A model generated the notes under the pieces. It was not told the origin of the DNA. It worked only from the letters and a program-made list of their open reading frames with translations, and ran no database searches. From positions 1 to 64,000 of the forward strand of contig LSRY02000077.1 in the NCBI GenBank assembly GCA_001643675.2: a stretch of DNA of 64,000 nt, in the 5' to 3' direction. The stretch is from Monocercomonoides exilis PA203. Lineage: Eukaryota; Protista; Preaxostyla. The translations under genes were made by a program, and so were the position numbers. Shown here piece by piece: positions 10,401-20,413 of the stretch (within the stretch, counting starts at the first letter, position 1; each line of letters begins with the position of its first letter).

Positions 10401-10733
10401 AAAGCAATTCAACAGCCTTCCACAATTCCCCCATCCATATCCACACCAGACAAAAAAGATTCTATTGTTCCCATCAATCAACATTCACGTTGGCCAGAAG
10501 GCCATGAAACAGAGAAAGCAAGAGAAGAGATCTCACAACCAGACCATATTGAAGAACCAGATGATAATGAGTCTCAATCCATCCACAAAAAGCAATCAAA
10601 TACCACGAACAATGAAAACAAGAAAGACGAAAATGAAATCATCGAAGAAAAATGCATTCAGTTCATTATTCGAACAAGATCACAGAGACGAAAAGAAATG
10701 ATGGAAAGAGAAAATTCAGAAAGTAATCCATAA
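7419..10733 (+). CDS. DIRS ORF3, tyrosine recombinase (YR domain ~9400-10380) with a long N-terminal extension overlapping pol
   Basis: ACRFTEL (box I Arg), LKTG (Lys), CPATAV, YTLKH and KHYF (nucleophile Tyr) occur with lambda-integrase-family spacing. The true start is uncertain; first ATG is at 7554. Confidence 0.88.
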   Translation: MLQVSLQEDNQGSENTNRRNEQHSTARRSPTRGNGWRKNLFISRRMGKNWRGKNYWERSNPCMEEQSREGITQENRSIQPFGASESRSPTSLFRDDQEATGNKYHQADSGEGCEAFESSFCNQKERRWLEANRGLPKTQQCYQDDLLQARRPQNSGENYTRKGLRSHIGLEPSLLSYKSQRRIITIPFVRFQRKILRFPRNAFRIQRCASNVHKSDEESSKIHEGGMECESHCIPGRYCSSSSRPAGTQYYCGENSFDVQQIGTVGQFGKMSFNSKSAVQIFGLPMGYQSVCGTDRGIEKNRADERVQEMEEDCPEQQSCFDKEVCLVDRETERNQIRVSRSLPEFVTTVQTPKQSFESEWMERKNARECIDNKLPYEVERKAEREPIKEIESSVSTGSSSYNRCIRVCHRRNTKSQQSNAGLLQTSSSSSQKPKFKLQRAIRYQSSHRAFLKFHSKSRNKKSTYSIRQHNSSLQSESMGSRSESQNPSEENMESNPSAESSCESSTYSRREKRQSRWPIEIGKRRRLRSRTRNTRRDHQSASDAHHTRCVRNKRKHKINEMVRTRKQFKSRRVTNYLEKRDSSCASTGSFDSSSDPKSSDGESSSSSSSSRLERSDMGTSTEQHKSHLLDMEENGGDNKGRKMDEANECYSSTRKTADMPNQSITEKGESWWNEILASRSMSRELAEECKNSVASATWMGYTYGFAHFKDGWDQLKFKDIPSKFQIWQKRCLDVFVALKNNGMKASSLRIVRSAISFLTSVLYGKSLGENTLISILFRSFRRSECRKKKRQDDMWNPQQLFTHIETIGKNENLSFSQLTRKTICLCMMFSACRFTELERINLKESEIDKQSINLNTSLKTGLERSNIVIPFLDKESLICPATAVKDLWDRVKIHNPASYKLFLSSSTYDPMKVRAIREAASEMMKDARIPSNYSPYTLKHASISALTMAGTPVEQVAKFARLSPRSNTVIKHYFKSNISNKMAQIISSNQETKKAIQQPSTIPPSISTPDKKDSIVPINQHSRWPEGHETEKAREEISQPDHIEEPDDNESQSIHKKQSNTTNNENKKDENEIIEEKCIQFIIRTRSQRRKEMMERENSESNP
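7519..9414 (+). CDS. DIRS pol: reverse transcriptase + RNase H + N6-adenine methyltransferase-like domain
   Basis: RT motifs NPVFVIRKKDGGWRQIVDCRRLN, LDLSQAY, MPFG, AYLDD, FLG. RNase H motifs TTDASG, YRELFAI, RSDN, NVRADGLSR. MT-like segment LDAFAT...AHPPVPLI...LLLPDW. The frame is open from 7354. Confidence 0.95.
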   Translation: MVGGRTCLFREEWEKIGGARIIGKGVIPVWRSKAAKESLKKTGVFNPLEHQSQEAQQAFSEMIKKQLETNIIKPIQEKDVKHLNPVFVIRKKDGGWRQIVDCRRLNNAIKTIYYKQEDHRTVEKIIQEKDYAVTLDLSQAYYLIKVSEELSPFLSFVFKGKYYAFHGMPFGYKDAPRTFTKVMRKVLKYMREEWSVRAIAYLDDIVLLHQDPQELNIIVEKTLSMFNKLGLLVNSEKCHLIPSQQFKFLGFQWDTNQFVVQIEESKKTELMKECKKWRRIAQSNRVVSIKKFASLIGKLNATRFVYQEASLNLSQLYKLLNKALSLNGWKGKMRVNASITNCLMKWSERLKENQSRRLNPVFRPEAVLTTDASGFAIGATLKVNNQMLDFYKLLPPPVRNQSSNYRELFAINQAIAHFSNSIRNQEIRNLLIRSDNTTAVYNLNRWGAGQNLRTLLKKIWNQTQALKVVVKAQHIPGERNVRADGLSRLAKGGDYEVEQETLEEITNQLQMHITLDAFATKENTKSTRWCGPGSNLSQDGLQITWKNETVLAHPPVPLIPAVIRKAAMEKARVLLLLPDWKGQIWEPLLNNTNHISWTWRRTEEIIREGRWMKLMNATLPPGRLRICLINP

Positions 10734-10749
10734 CGCCCAATTACTACAA

Positions 10750-10852
10750 ACTCTCAGATCGAAGAGAAGAAAGTGAATGAATGTTTTCTTGCAAATCAAA
10801 ATGCTTGCGTTTTGATTGAAAAAGAAAATATGAAATTCACTTTCTTCTCTTC
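10750..10852 (+). repeat. DIRS internal complementary region (ICR)
   Basis: 10750-10817 = reverse complement of 6523-6590 (68 nt). 10815-10852 = reverse complement of 11054-11091 (38 nt). The two halves share ATT at 10815-10817. Confidence 0.95.
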
Positions 10853-11007
10853 ACCCACCGCGTTTTCACTCCCACCCTGTGAAGAAAGCTTTAAGCAAGT
10901 TCCAGATGCAATACCAACCCAAAACCCATTTTGAAACCCATTTCACCTTTTTCTCTTCAAGCGCAATTTGTATTTTACGCGCATTTTCCTCACTTCTTTT
11001 TTTTTTA

Positions 11008-11091
11008 ATCAGATTCGCATGGGTGACTGACCCTTAAGTGATACTCTCAGATCGAAGAGAAGAAAGTGAATTTCATATTTTCTTTTTCAAT
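11008..11091 (+). repeat. DIRS right ITR plus 3' extension
   Basis: Inverted match to the left ITR up to 11071, then a unique ~20-nt tail ending in AAT that is complementary to the ICR. Confidence 0.92.
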
Positions 11092-11476
11092 TAAAAAAGT
11101 CAAAATTTTCATCACAAATCTATAGAATACTTAATACCTTTCATGTTTTGCACAAACAAAAAAATTTCATAAGATAAATTTATGAAAAATTGAAAAGAAA
11201 ATTTTCTGTGCGAAGGGGATCTGTTATGATTCAAGAAGTGATTAAATGAATGCTTTGTGAGGAGAGAATCAAACACGATAAATAAGTTGATAATATATGT
11301 GACAGAAACAATGCTAGAAGAAATTAAATAAATGGTGAACGAAAGGTGTAATGACAAAACAAAACAAAACAAATTAATCAAACACACAAACACACGAACA
11401 AACAAACTAACTAACAATATATATATTTTTCTATAAATGGAAATGGAAATCTCCATACCTTCGAGAGTTCAGACGA

Positions 11477-12984
11477 TTAATGAAGAACTGTATAATCAGA
11501 TGGATTTTCAGACAAATAATCATTATGCGCACCCAATTTAAAAAACAATACAGAAAAGCTAAATACACAATCTTCAAGGCCTTCCTCCTCATACTTTTCA
11601 ATAATCTCTTTTTTTATATCCTTTTTTTCGGCTTCATCGATTTCATCCTCTTTTTCAACAGTTAAAAAATCTTCAATTGACTCTCCTTTTAATCTTTCTG
11701 AAAGTGCATAAAAAAACCACAAGCATGTCGAACTTTTTTCAACAGTCAAAGATGGCTGCTTGATCTCATTCAAAATGTGATCAACAGCTCCACCATCAAG
11801 CAAGTATTTTATGTTCATTCTTTTTCTTCCTGCAATTCTTCCAAAAAGTTGAATGACTTCATTCGCAATTTTTTTGTCATTTCCCTTCTCTGCTCTGCAA
11901 GTCCCAATAATGCTTTTAATAAGCTTCGTGTCATCATTTCTTCTCAAATACTCACCATCAAAATACTCATCAAAGACATCCAGCCATCTCAAAATAACTC
12001 TTGTTTCTTTCAATCTGTCAGATCCTCCCTTTCCCTTCAAATCCAAGCTCTTCACCAGTTCGTCCAATTCCCTGCTTGCCTCACTCGTAAAATGAAGTTC
12101 ATTCATAATTAAATCTTCCAAACTTTTGGAATAATAAAATCTCTTCGTTAAAAACTGCCAAGCAGATTGATACGCAAGTCGTGTCAAATTTTGATGCTTC
12201 TGATGATGTTCGATGATCTCTTTGATTTCATTCACAAATTGATCCTTTTCGATTCTCTATTTTTTAAAAAAAGTAAAAAATAATAAACATCACAAATTTA
12301 GCAAACAAGTTTATACCGTCATTGAACTAATGTGGCTCAAAGCAAGCAGCGCCATTTCGACTTCCTTTTGTGCTTTAATGTCTTCCTCCTTATTTAAAGC
12401 AACTTTCAAAAGGGAAGGCTTGAAGATCGAAATGAATTCATATGAAACATCCTCAATCAGCAAAAGATAACCTTCCCACAGATCTATCAAAAATTCGCTC
12501 TTCTCTTCCGTTTTCTGCTCTTTTTCTTCTTCAATTATTAACTTCTCAATTCTTTTTCGAAGCAGAGAGGTTTGAAAACCAGAGGAGATGCAATCATATA
12601 ACATTTTGCGATAACCGATACATTTCAACAGATATGCAGCATTTCCTTTTGAAATTTTCATATTTTCGATTAAATCATTGATTTTATTGAACGTTCTATC
12701 ATCTAATATGGAAAACAATTGATCTTCATCTATTTCTTCCGTTAATTCATTTATATCTTCATGTACCAATATCTGCAATGGATCACTACAATCTTTTAAC
12801 AATTCAAGCATTTCTGCAAAATAAAACATGAAACAATTTGCACAACTTATCCATTAAAAAATTACGATTAAATACCGTTAAGTGAGCTCGGCCCAATACA
12901 TCTATCCTTTCCACAACGCAGAGCTGAATAACAATTCGTCGCCTTGTCCGAGTTGGAAAACTTTTTTGATGATGTCTGCCCCAT
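11477..12984 (-). CDS. Expanded helical hypothetical-protein family member, 3 exons, N-terminal MGQTSSKK
   Basis: Introns 12814-12875 and 12257-12316 (GT-AG) join the ORFs in frame. EVEMALLAL, HQNLTRLAYQSAWQFL and EEEGLED motifs are shared with the 56.4 kb and 61.8 kb paralogs. Confidence 0.85.
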
Positions 12985-13625
12985 CTAAGAAATAATTTTG
13001 ATTTGATGATATCAAAAAAATTTATATTGGTTTGCGAAAATTAAAATTGTGGAAAAAATATTTGGAAAATTGAAAATATTCGGAAAGTTCTTAACTTAAA
13101 AACAATATATAAAACTCGTATGACCCAAATAGATTACTTAAATTTTGAATATCCAAAACTGATATTAATAATAATTAGCATCAACTTCCTAATATAATTT
13201 CATTCATTTCAAATTTGTTCAATGATGCTTTTCCCTGTTCCATAACATTGAAATGCAGACATTCAAACACTCAAACACTCAGATATACAGACATACAGAC
13301 ATGCAGATACGCCTCAACAGCCTTCTATTCCAACAGCGAAAAGTCCCTTAGGCTTCTGCCCCAGAAACAAAAACTCAAATTTGAAGTGTTTTTCGAATAA
13401 AAATAAATACGATTTGCGCGCAAAGAAATAAAAGAAAAAAGCAAGCAGCCAATAATCGCTGCACTTTGCAGGCACTGGCAAAAGCAAAATGCAGCCAGGC
13501 AAACAACAAAAAAATTGAAAAATAGAAAAAGAGAAAATCACATCAATAGGGGTTTTGAATCCGCCTTCATCAGTTCTTTCTTTCTTTTGGGCAAGCCGTG
13601 CAACACCCGTTCCCCAACAGCACAG

Positions 13626-15774
13626 CTACCCCTCGGCGTTGTGCAGCATCTCCCGCACCTCTGCCTCTTTCCGCGCCAGCTCTTCGGTCCTGTAAACCTG
13701 CAGCCCTTGCACAACAACCGAATGCGCCTCCTTGTTGTATCCCAGCTGGCTCAGCACTGTCCCAATCCGCGCACACCCCTTCGCAATGTGGTCCAGCGGC
13801 GAGTGCAGCGCCATCTGCTGCACCTGCGCCTGCGCCTGCACCGACGCCACACGCGGCAGCACAAGCACAATCCCAAACGGGAGTGCCACACGCGCAGAAC
13901 ACGAGCAAGCAGGACACAAGTGCCCTCCTGCTTCCTCCGCCTCCTGGCCCTGCCCTGCCTCCACCTTCTGCTCCTCCCCTGCCAAAACACCCTCCACCGA
14001 CCCTGCTGAGCCCACTGACCCCAAAGCAGGCGATGATGCGGATGGGGATGATGTGGATGGGGATGATGTGGATGGGGATGATGTGGATGGAGATGCAGAT
14101 AAGGAAGTGGATGAGCAGTCTGTCTCCCCAATGCCACAAAAGCCCCCAACCCCCATGCTCACTGCCTGCACTGAAATAGACAGCGCCGCACGAAGCAGCC
14201 GTCGCCGATGCCGCACAAGCTGCAGCGCTGCCGACGAAAGAGACGGCGCCTCCAGCCCATACGCCTCGCGAGCTCCATTCACCCCATTCGCCCCTCCCAT
14301 CTCCCCTGCTCCACTCTCTCCCTCCCTGCTCCCCGCCTTCTCCATCACCTTCACAAGCTCCTTCATCGCTCCGTGCGCCTCCACAAGCGCGTCCACACTC
14401 TTTGCCGTCACCTCAATCTCATCACACCCAATCGATATATTGCCATCACCATCACAATCTCCTTCTCCTTCTCCTTCTCCTTTTCCATCCCCCTTTTCTT
14501 CCCTTTCTCTCCTTTCTTCCTCTTCCTCTTCCTCCATCTCTTTCATCCGCTCCCCTGCCCTCTCTCCCCACCGCTCCCTTTCCCCCCGCCCCATCCTCTG
14601 CTCCATCCCCTCTGCCTCCTTCCCCGCCTCGTTCGCCATCTCCACAAGCGCTGCTGCCAGATTCAGCCGATACAGCATCCACTCCCTGTCTTTCACCACT
14701 GCCCTCACATAATCTCTCGCCGCCTCTCCCAGCTCCCGCTTCCTGTACTTCTTGTTCCCCCTCTCTTTCGCTGCCTCCGCCTCAAAGTGCCGCCGATCCT
14801 CCAAGCTCGCCTCCCCGTCTCCCACCCACTGCATCCCCAGCCACTCCATCATCTCTTCCTCCTCCGTCTTCGTCACCCTCGTCCCTGCCCCTGCCCCTGC
14901 CCCTGCCCCTGCCCCTTTCCTCCCCGCCAAAAACGACCCCCTCCCCGACCAGCTGTGCCCATGCGGATTCGCTCCCGACGACCCCTGCCCCCCGCTCGTC
15001 CCTATCTTCCACACTTCCTCTTCATCTGCCCCACTCGCTATCGCCTCCACCTTCCGAAGCCGCTCGTCCTCCCTCACCATCATCTCCGGATAGCTCTCCA
15101 GCGACTGCACCATCCTTATCTTCCCATACAGATCCGCCTCGCACCCGTACCGCTGCATCAGCGGGTGCCGCTCCACTATCTCAATTCCCCTGTCAAATAT
15201 CTTCTGCCACCCTTTCCGCTCCTCCCGCCCCCGACTCCCCATCAGAATCTCCACCTCCCTCGCCCCAGTCACACACGCCTCGTTCCCGCGCTCTATCTCC
15301 AGCCCCCGCTCAAACGCCGCCTTCGCTTCCTCCAGCCGCTTCAGCTTTATCAGCGCATTCCCCTTCCGCGAATACCCCTTCACAAACCCCGCCGCCAGCC
15401 CAATGCACTCCTCCGCATCCCGCAGCGCTGCCTCGTACTCCCCAGCGCAGTAGTGGCACAGCGACCGGTTCGAGTATATCACATGGTTTCTTCCCTCAAC
15501 CTCCAAGCAGCGCGTGTAAAGCTCAATCGCCTCTGCATATTCTTTCCGCTGGTACGCCGCATTCCCCAGCGCTTTCAGCCTGCTGCCCTGCAACCCCGAT
15601 GCCCCAGTCCCACAACACCCCACAAACACAACCGTTCGTGTTCATGCCCAGAAAAGCCCACACAAAATAAACAAATAAAATACATATATAGGAATAAGTA
15701 AAAAATTTTATTTTTTTTTTAAACATGTTCAAAAAAACATAGAATTCTGCACCGCCCCACACCTCGTCAGACAT
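13626..15774 (-). CDS. STI1/HOP-like TPR co-chaperone (TPR1, DP-like region, interrupted TPR2A)
   Basis: LKALGNAAY...YSNRSLCHY...VKGYSRKG (TPR1), and AKERGNKKY plus IAKGCARIG...YRTEELARK (TPR2A-like). A predicted micro-exon MSDE and intron 15588-15762 give MSDEGSRLKALGN. Confidence 0.8.
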
Positions 15775-16055
15775 TGCTGCACAACAGTCGCCTCAACAGC
15801 AGCAAGAACAGAAAATCGTGAAAAACACATTTCCATACTATTTTTCTTCAATTTGCCACGACACACACTTTTGCGTTTTCCTTCTTCCAGCGTTTTGCCG
15901 CTGCATGCCCAGCACCGTGACATCGAATTTTGGTGAGTGTCTCGTCTTCTGCCGATTTCAATTATTTGTTTTGGTTGCTTGTATTTTTTGTTTTTTGCTT
16001 GTGCCGGGACAGCAAAAGCGAAGTATTTTTTGGAAGGATATTATCTGGCGTTCAG

Positions 16056-19000
16056 ATGAGTTATGTGCAGAACGGCCGGGAAAGACGCGGCGGAAAGAGA
16101 GACCGGTTCCGCGGAAATGGAAGAAAACGATATCGGCCGCACGGCGGCGCGGAGGAGAAGAAGTTTGAGTCTGTGTACATCCCATCTGTGCGCGAGCCGC
16201 TTGTAGAGGCAGATGTTAAATCGGTATCAGAGCTGCTTGAGCCGGCGGGACAGGGTGCAGCGTTTTCCAGCGAACCGATTTTGTCGTCGATGCTGCCTCC
16301 ACAGCAACAACAGCAGCAGCACAATTATAGCCTCGCCAGCAGTGCTAGCAGTGCCAGCAGCATTGGCGGAGTCACGGTCGCGACGAGCGTGCCACCGCCA
16401 CATGTGCAGGCGCAGCGGCAGAATGGAGAGCATGGGCTGAGCGCCGCGATTCGAGGTGCAGGGGTGCCTCTAGGAGGCGGGCCAAGCTCGGCGAGGGAGC
16501 AGCCATTGCCTTTCAAGGCGCAGACAGCGCTGCCCGCTTCGCCATACAAGCCACCACCACAGCCACCACAGCCACCGACGCGGATAATGCAACAAGCTGT
16601 ACCTGTGCCTGTGCCTGTGCAACGCCGATCAGGCGCGCCTTCGCTTCTGGATTTGCTGGATCCGCAGAAGCCACCTCCGGGGCACTGCGAAAGCTGCTCT
16701 TCCGCGGAAGGAGCGGAAACGAAAGCGGGGCGGCAGAGCGAAGGAGGCGGAGCACCGCCATCGGGGCACTCGTCGTTTCAGTATTCTTCGGGCTCGGGCG
16801 CACGGAGCACAAGCCGCATCCCCCGTTTCCAGGCGGCACAGGGCCTGGTGTCTTCTTCGCTGTCGACAGCTGGGCAGGCTTGTGGGCAGCAGGCGCAAGC
16901 GCAGGCAGGCAGCGCAGATGCCTTTGCAGACATCGACCTTGACCTGGCCCCGATGAGCGGAGCGCCGAGGGAGTTCACTGTTTCGTCGTTTGATCCGGAG
17001 GTCTTCAGGGAATTTGCAGAGATTGTGGTTGTGGAGAAAAGAGATGGGTTTGCGGAGCTGAGGAAGGAGCGCTCTGTTGCGTCTCTTTTGGAGCGCTTTT
17101 CGATTTCTCCCTCTTCTTCTTCCTCTCGCTCTTCCTCTTTTTTTCCTCTGGGATCTGTTGGGCGGAGTGTTGCTTTGTCGAGCGTGTTCCCTGCAGCTGG
17201 GAAGGAGGAGCCATTCAGCCATGCAGGGCTTGTGCGGTCGTTGTGCCCGCTGAGCCACCAGAATGCGTCGAGTGCTTCATCGGTGCTTCCGGGGCTGCGG
17301 CATGTGCTGAGTGTTTGGGATGTGTTCAGGTGGGTGGAGGAGAAAGGGGTTGAGGTGCGTGTGGTGCCGAAAAGAGCAGAAACTGTTGCCTACAAGCAGG
17401 CGGTCTCTTTGCCATCATCATCGGATTCAGGCTATTTGGAGGAGGATTCGGCTCGCAGGAGCGCTTCGGAGTCATTGTGGGGCGAGCGAGTTTCGGAACA
17501 GACCGCAGAGTCGCACTTGTTTGTGGGTGATGCTGAAAAGGGAGAGGAGGAGGAAAAAGGAGAAGAGAAAGGGGATATAGTTGGACAATGCAGCCAGGGC
17601 ACAGAAGGGTTTGATGGGGAGATGCTTCCGGCAGCGCCTTCTTCGCCAACACACGCAAGCACAGAGGCGTGGAGCGATGACGAGTGTTTGGAGGAGGAAA
17701 TCAGCTTTTCGGCGCTGCCTCCACCACCGCCGTCTCCGTTGCCATTACCGTTGCTGTTGCCGCCGAGAGGTCAGATGAGCACAGCGGGGGAGAACAGAAG
17801 AGAAAAGGAAGAGGAGGAGGAGGAGGAAGAGGAGGAGGAGGGCGAGGAGGGCGAGGAGGAGTATGCTTATGGGTATTTTGACGATTTGGAGAAAGAAAAT
17901 GCAAAGAAGGAAGCGGGAAAGGAGTTGGGTGGGGCTGGCTTGCAAGGTGGGAGGAATGGGGCGATTTGCAGGGTCGAGGATGAAGTTGGAAGCGACGCGT
18001 CGAGTGTTTTCCAGCAATCACTCCTGCTGCGCATCCCCAAGACGCTTCTCATGCAACATTTTCCATCAGCTTCAACACCAACAATTTCCTCCCCTTTCCC
18101 TTCCTCTTCTACTTCCCCTTCCCCCTCACATTCCTCTTCCTCTTCCTCTTCCTCTTCTTTGGGGGTGTTTTCGTGGGATTATTTCAGCGACTGGCAGATT
18201 GTTCCGTTTTCTGTGTGTGACTTTGTGCCGAACAGCATTTACACGATGCTGGCAGCGATAGTGCTGTTTGTGCGAGTGAGGATTGTGGAGTGGCTGAAAG
18301 AGGATGACAGACAGGTGAAGGCTGAAGAAGAGAAAGAGAGAGAAAGGGAAAGAGAAAATGGAAGGAAAGCGAAAGGGGAGGAAGATTTGGAGAGGGGAGA
18401 GGAGGAAATGGAGGGGATGCACTTTGGGCTGGGGATGGGTAGGGCAGATGGGGCAGATGGGGCAGAGCAGAGGGGGAAGGCGGGTTCAGGGTTGGAGGAG
18501 GAGGAGCAGCAGCAGCAGGGCGGGGCAGCGGCTCCGTTCTCCTCGCTTCTTCTTTCTGTGTTCCCGACTTACCGGCCACTGCGCACGCTCCCGTTTGTGC
18601 CGCCGCTTGTGCCGTGCGACTACTTTGCGCTGTCACCTGTTGTGCCGCCTGTGCCGTTTGGGTCTGTGTGTGCATCAGCTGTGCACTGCCCTCCAAGATG
18701 CACACCTCCTCCACTGGATGGTCATCCTCCGCTGGATGGCCATCAGGTGGAGAGCTGGCTGTCCGAGGGTGGAGGCGGGGAGTGCATCTGGCTGCCGCCG
18801 CTGTTTGTGCCGACGCTGCCGTTTGCACTGCCGCCGATGGAGAGGCAGACGCGGAAGATTCTGCACCAGATTGCGCGGCTGTTTGGGTTTACGTCGAATT
18901 CGAAAGGGAAAGGTGTGCTGTGGCATGGTGAGGTTATTATCATCATCATCATTATCATTTATTTATTTCTCTTTCATATTTTATCTGCTTGTGTGCAGCG

Positions 19001-20090
19001 GATGGGATGCGGCACATTGAGGTGAAGAACATCTCCGCCGCGTGTGCGTCTGCAGAAAACGGGCGTCTGTCGTCGCTTCCGTCGCTGAGGTCTGTTGTGA
19101 AGGAGATGCAGCAGTACAACCAGCATGGGGTGTCGTTTTATGGTGTGCCTTGTAACTGATGATAATGGTGGAAGTGGAGAAATTGAGGGGAGGAAATTTG
19201 TGAGAGGAAGAAATTTGTGAGGGGAAGAAATTTGTGAGGGGAAGAAATTTGTGAGGGGAAGAAATTTGTGAGAGGAAGAGTGGCTGGTGTTGAGTTGCAG
19301 AAGATATTCATTTCTCCATTTTATTTTCATTTTATTTTTTTCTCTCTCTCATTTTTGTGCAGAGCTGTTTGGGACGACAGCGTTCTTCCCGTCCTGGTTC
19401 ACGGAGGCGCAGCGGGAGGAACATCTGTTTGCGCGGCGGGTGTTTGGGCTTCTGCATCCGGTGGTGCGGCTGCCGACGGGAGTGCTGTGCGACGTGGGGT
19501 GGGCGAAGAAGGTGGTGATGCGGTGTGTGGAGTGGGTGGAGCAGCAGGTGAAGAAGGAGGAGGAGAAAAAGAAGGAAAGGGCGTCGAACTCTTCTGTGCC
19601 CCCACACGCTCCGTGGCGTCTGCCGCGGCGGCTGCTGATCCCTGGGACGCAGGTGCCGATCAGCGCGCTGCCGGTGGGGGTGAGCCTGACGCTGCGGCTG
19701 TTTGATGCGGTGGAAGGGAGCATGAACCGCGGGGAGGTGGCTGTGGAGGAGGCGAAGAAGCGGCGGGGGCGGGGGAGGCGGTGGCAGGCAGGCGGGGTGG
19801 AGGTGGGGCAGTTCGGGGGAGCGGTGGAGAGCGAGGGGAAAGGCGATGGAGAAGACAAAGGGGAGGGGAAAGGCGAAGGAGGGGTGGTGCATCCGATGTA
19901 CGAGAGGGTGGCCGCGGAGGTGGGTGGCGGTTTGGAAGGAGGAGGAGGAGGAGGGAGGGAGAACATCGGGTGGCGGCTGCTGGTGAAGAGCGGGTGGAAG
20001 GGGACGGGGCTGGGGGCGCGGGAAGACGGGATGCTGGATGCGCTGGAGGTGCAGGTGCGGCGGAGCAAGAGCGGGCTGGGGAAGCAGTGA
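16056..20090 (+). CDS. R3H + C-terminal G-patch protein (SQS1/Pfa1-like architecture)
   Basis: R3H motif LPPMERQTRKILHQIARLFGFTSNSKGK..RHIEV is completed across intron 18913-18998; second intron 19143-19362. G-patch NIGWRLLVKSGWKGTGLGAREDG...RRSKSGLG lies at the C-terminus. Confidence 0.8.
19184..19279 (+). repeat. 17-bp tandem minisatellite (TGAGGGGAAGAAATTTG) x~5.6, intronic
   Basis: Units start at 19184, 19201, 19218, 19235, 19252 and 19269. Confidence 0.9.
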
Positions 20091-20341
20091 AGGGGGGCAG
20101 GGCGCAGGTGGAGCGCGTTGCCAGACTGGTTTTCCATTCAATTTTGCTATTTTTGTCATTTGTTTTGCTGTTGGGGAAGAGAGGATGGAGCGAAAGATGT
20201 GTTTATCCCAGTTCTCAAAAAAAATAAAAAATAAAAATCTACTGTTGTACTTCTAATGGCTTTCTTTCATGTATTTGTTGGCCACGCAGCGTGACGAGAG
20301 AAATATAAAATTGAATTTGAATTTGGAAAAAGATAAAAAGA

Positions 20342-20413
20342 AGCGGCCTACCGGAATTGAACCGGTGACCTAGTGATCTGCAGTCACTTGCTCTACCGCT
20401 GAGCTAAAGCCGC
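20342..20413 (-). tRNA. tRNA-Cys(GCA)
   Basis: GCGGCTTTAGCTCAGCGGTAGAGC AAGTGA CT GCA GA TCACT AGGTC ACCGGTTCAATTCCGGT AGGCCGC T folds as a full cloverleaf with U73 discriminator, followed by a T5 Pol III terminator. Confidence 0.96.

Larger units (their letters stand above)
6523..11091 (+). mobile_element. Full-length DIRS1-like tyrosine-recombinase retrotransposon (~4.57 kb)
   Basis: Carries gag, RT/RH/MT pol and YR ORFs, inverted terminal repeats, and an internal complementary region matching both termini. Both ends are bounded by AAT (6523-6525, 11089-11091). Confidence 0.95.

Noticed and set aside
10750-11091. Recurrent CTCTCAGATCGAAGAGAAGAAAGTGAAT as a CRISPR repeat or LTR
   Set aside because: Fully explained by DIRS ITR/ICR geometry, with no spacer array and no long direct terminal repeats.
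19184-19279. 17-bp repeat as a CRISPR array
   Set aside because: Head-to-tail units without spacers, inside an intron.
13570-20256. Many long overlapping Pro/Ser/His-rich ORFs on alternative frames and strands
   Set aside because: Shadow ORFs of GC-rich genes with no domain signal.
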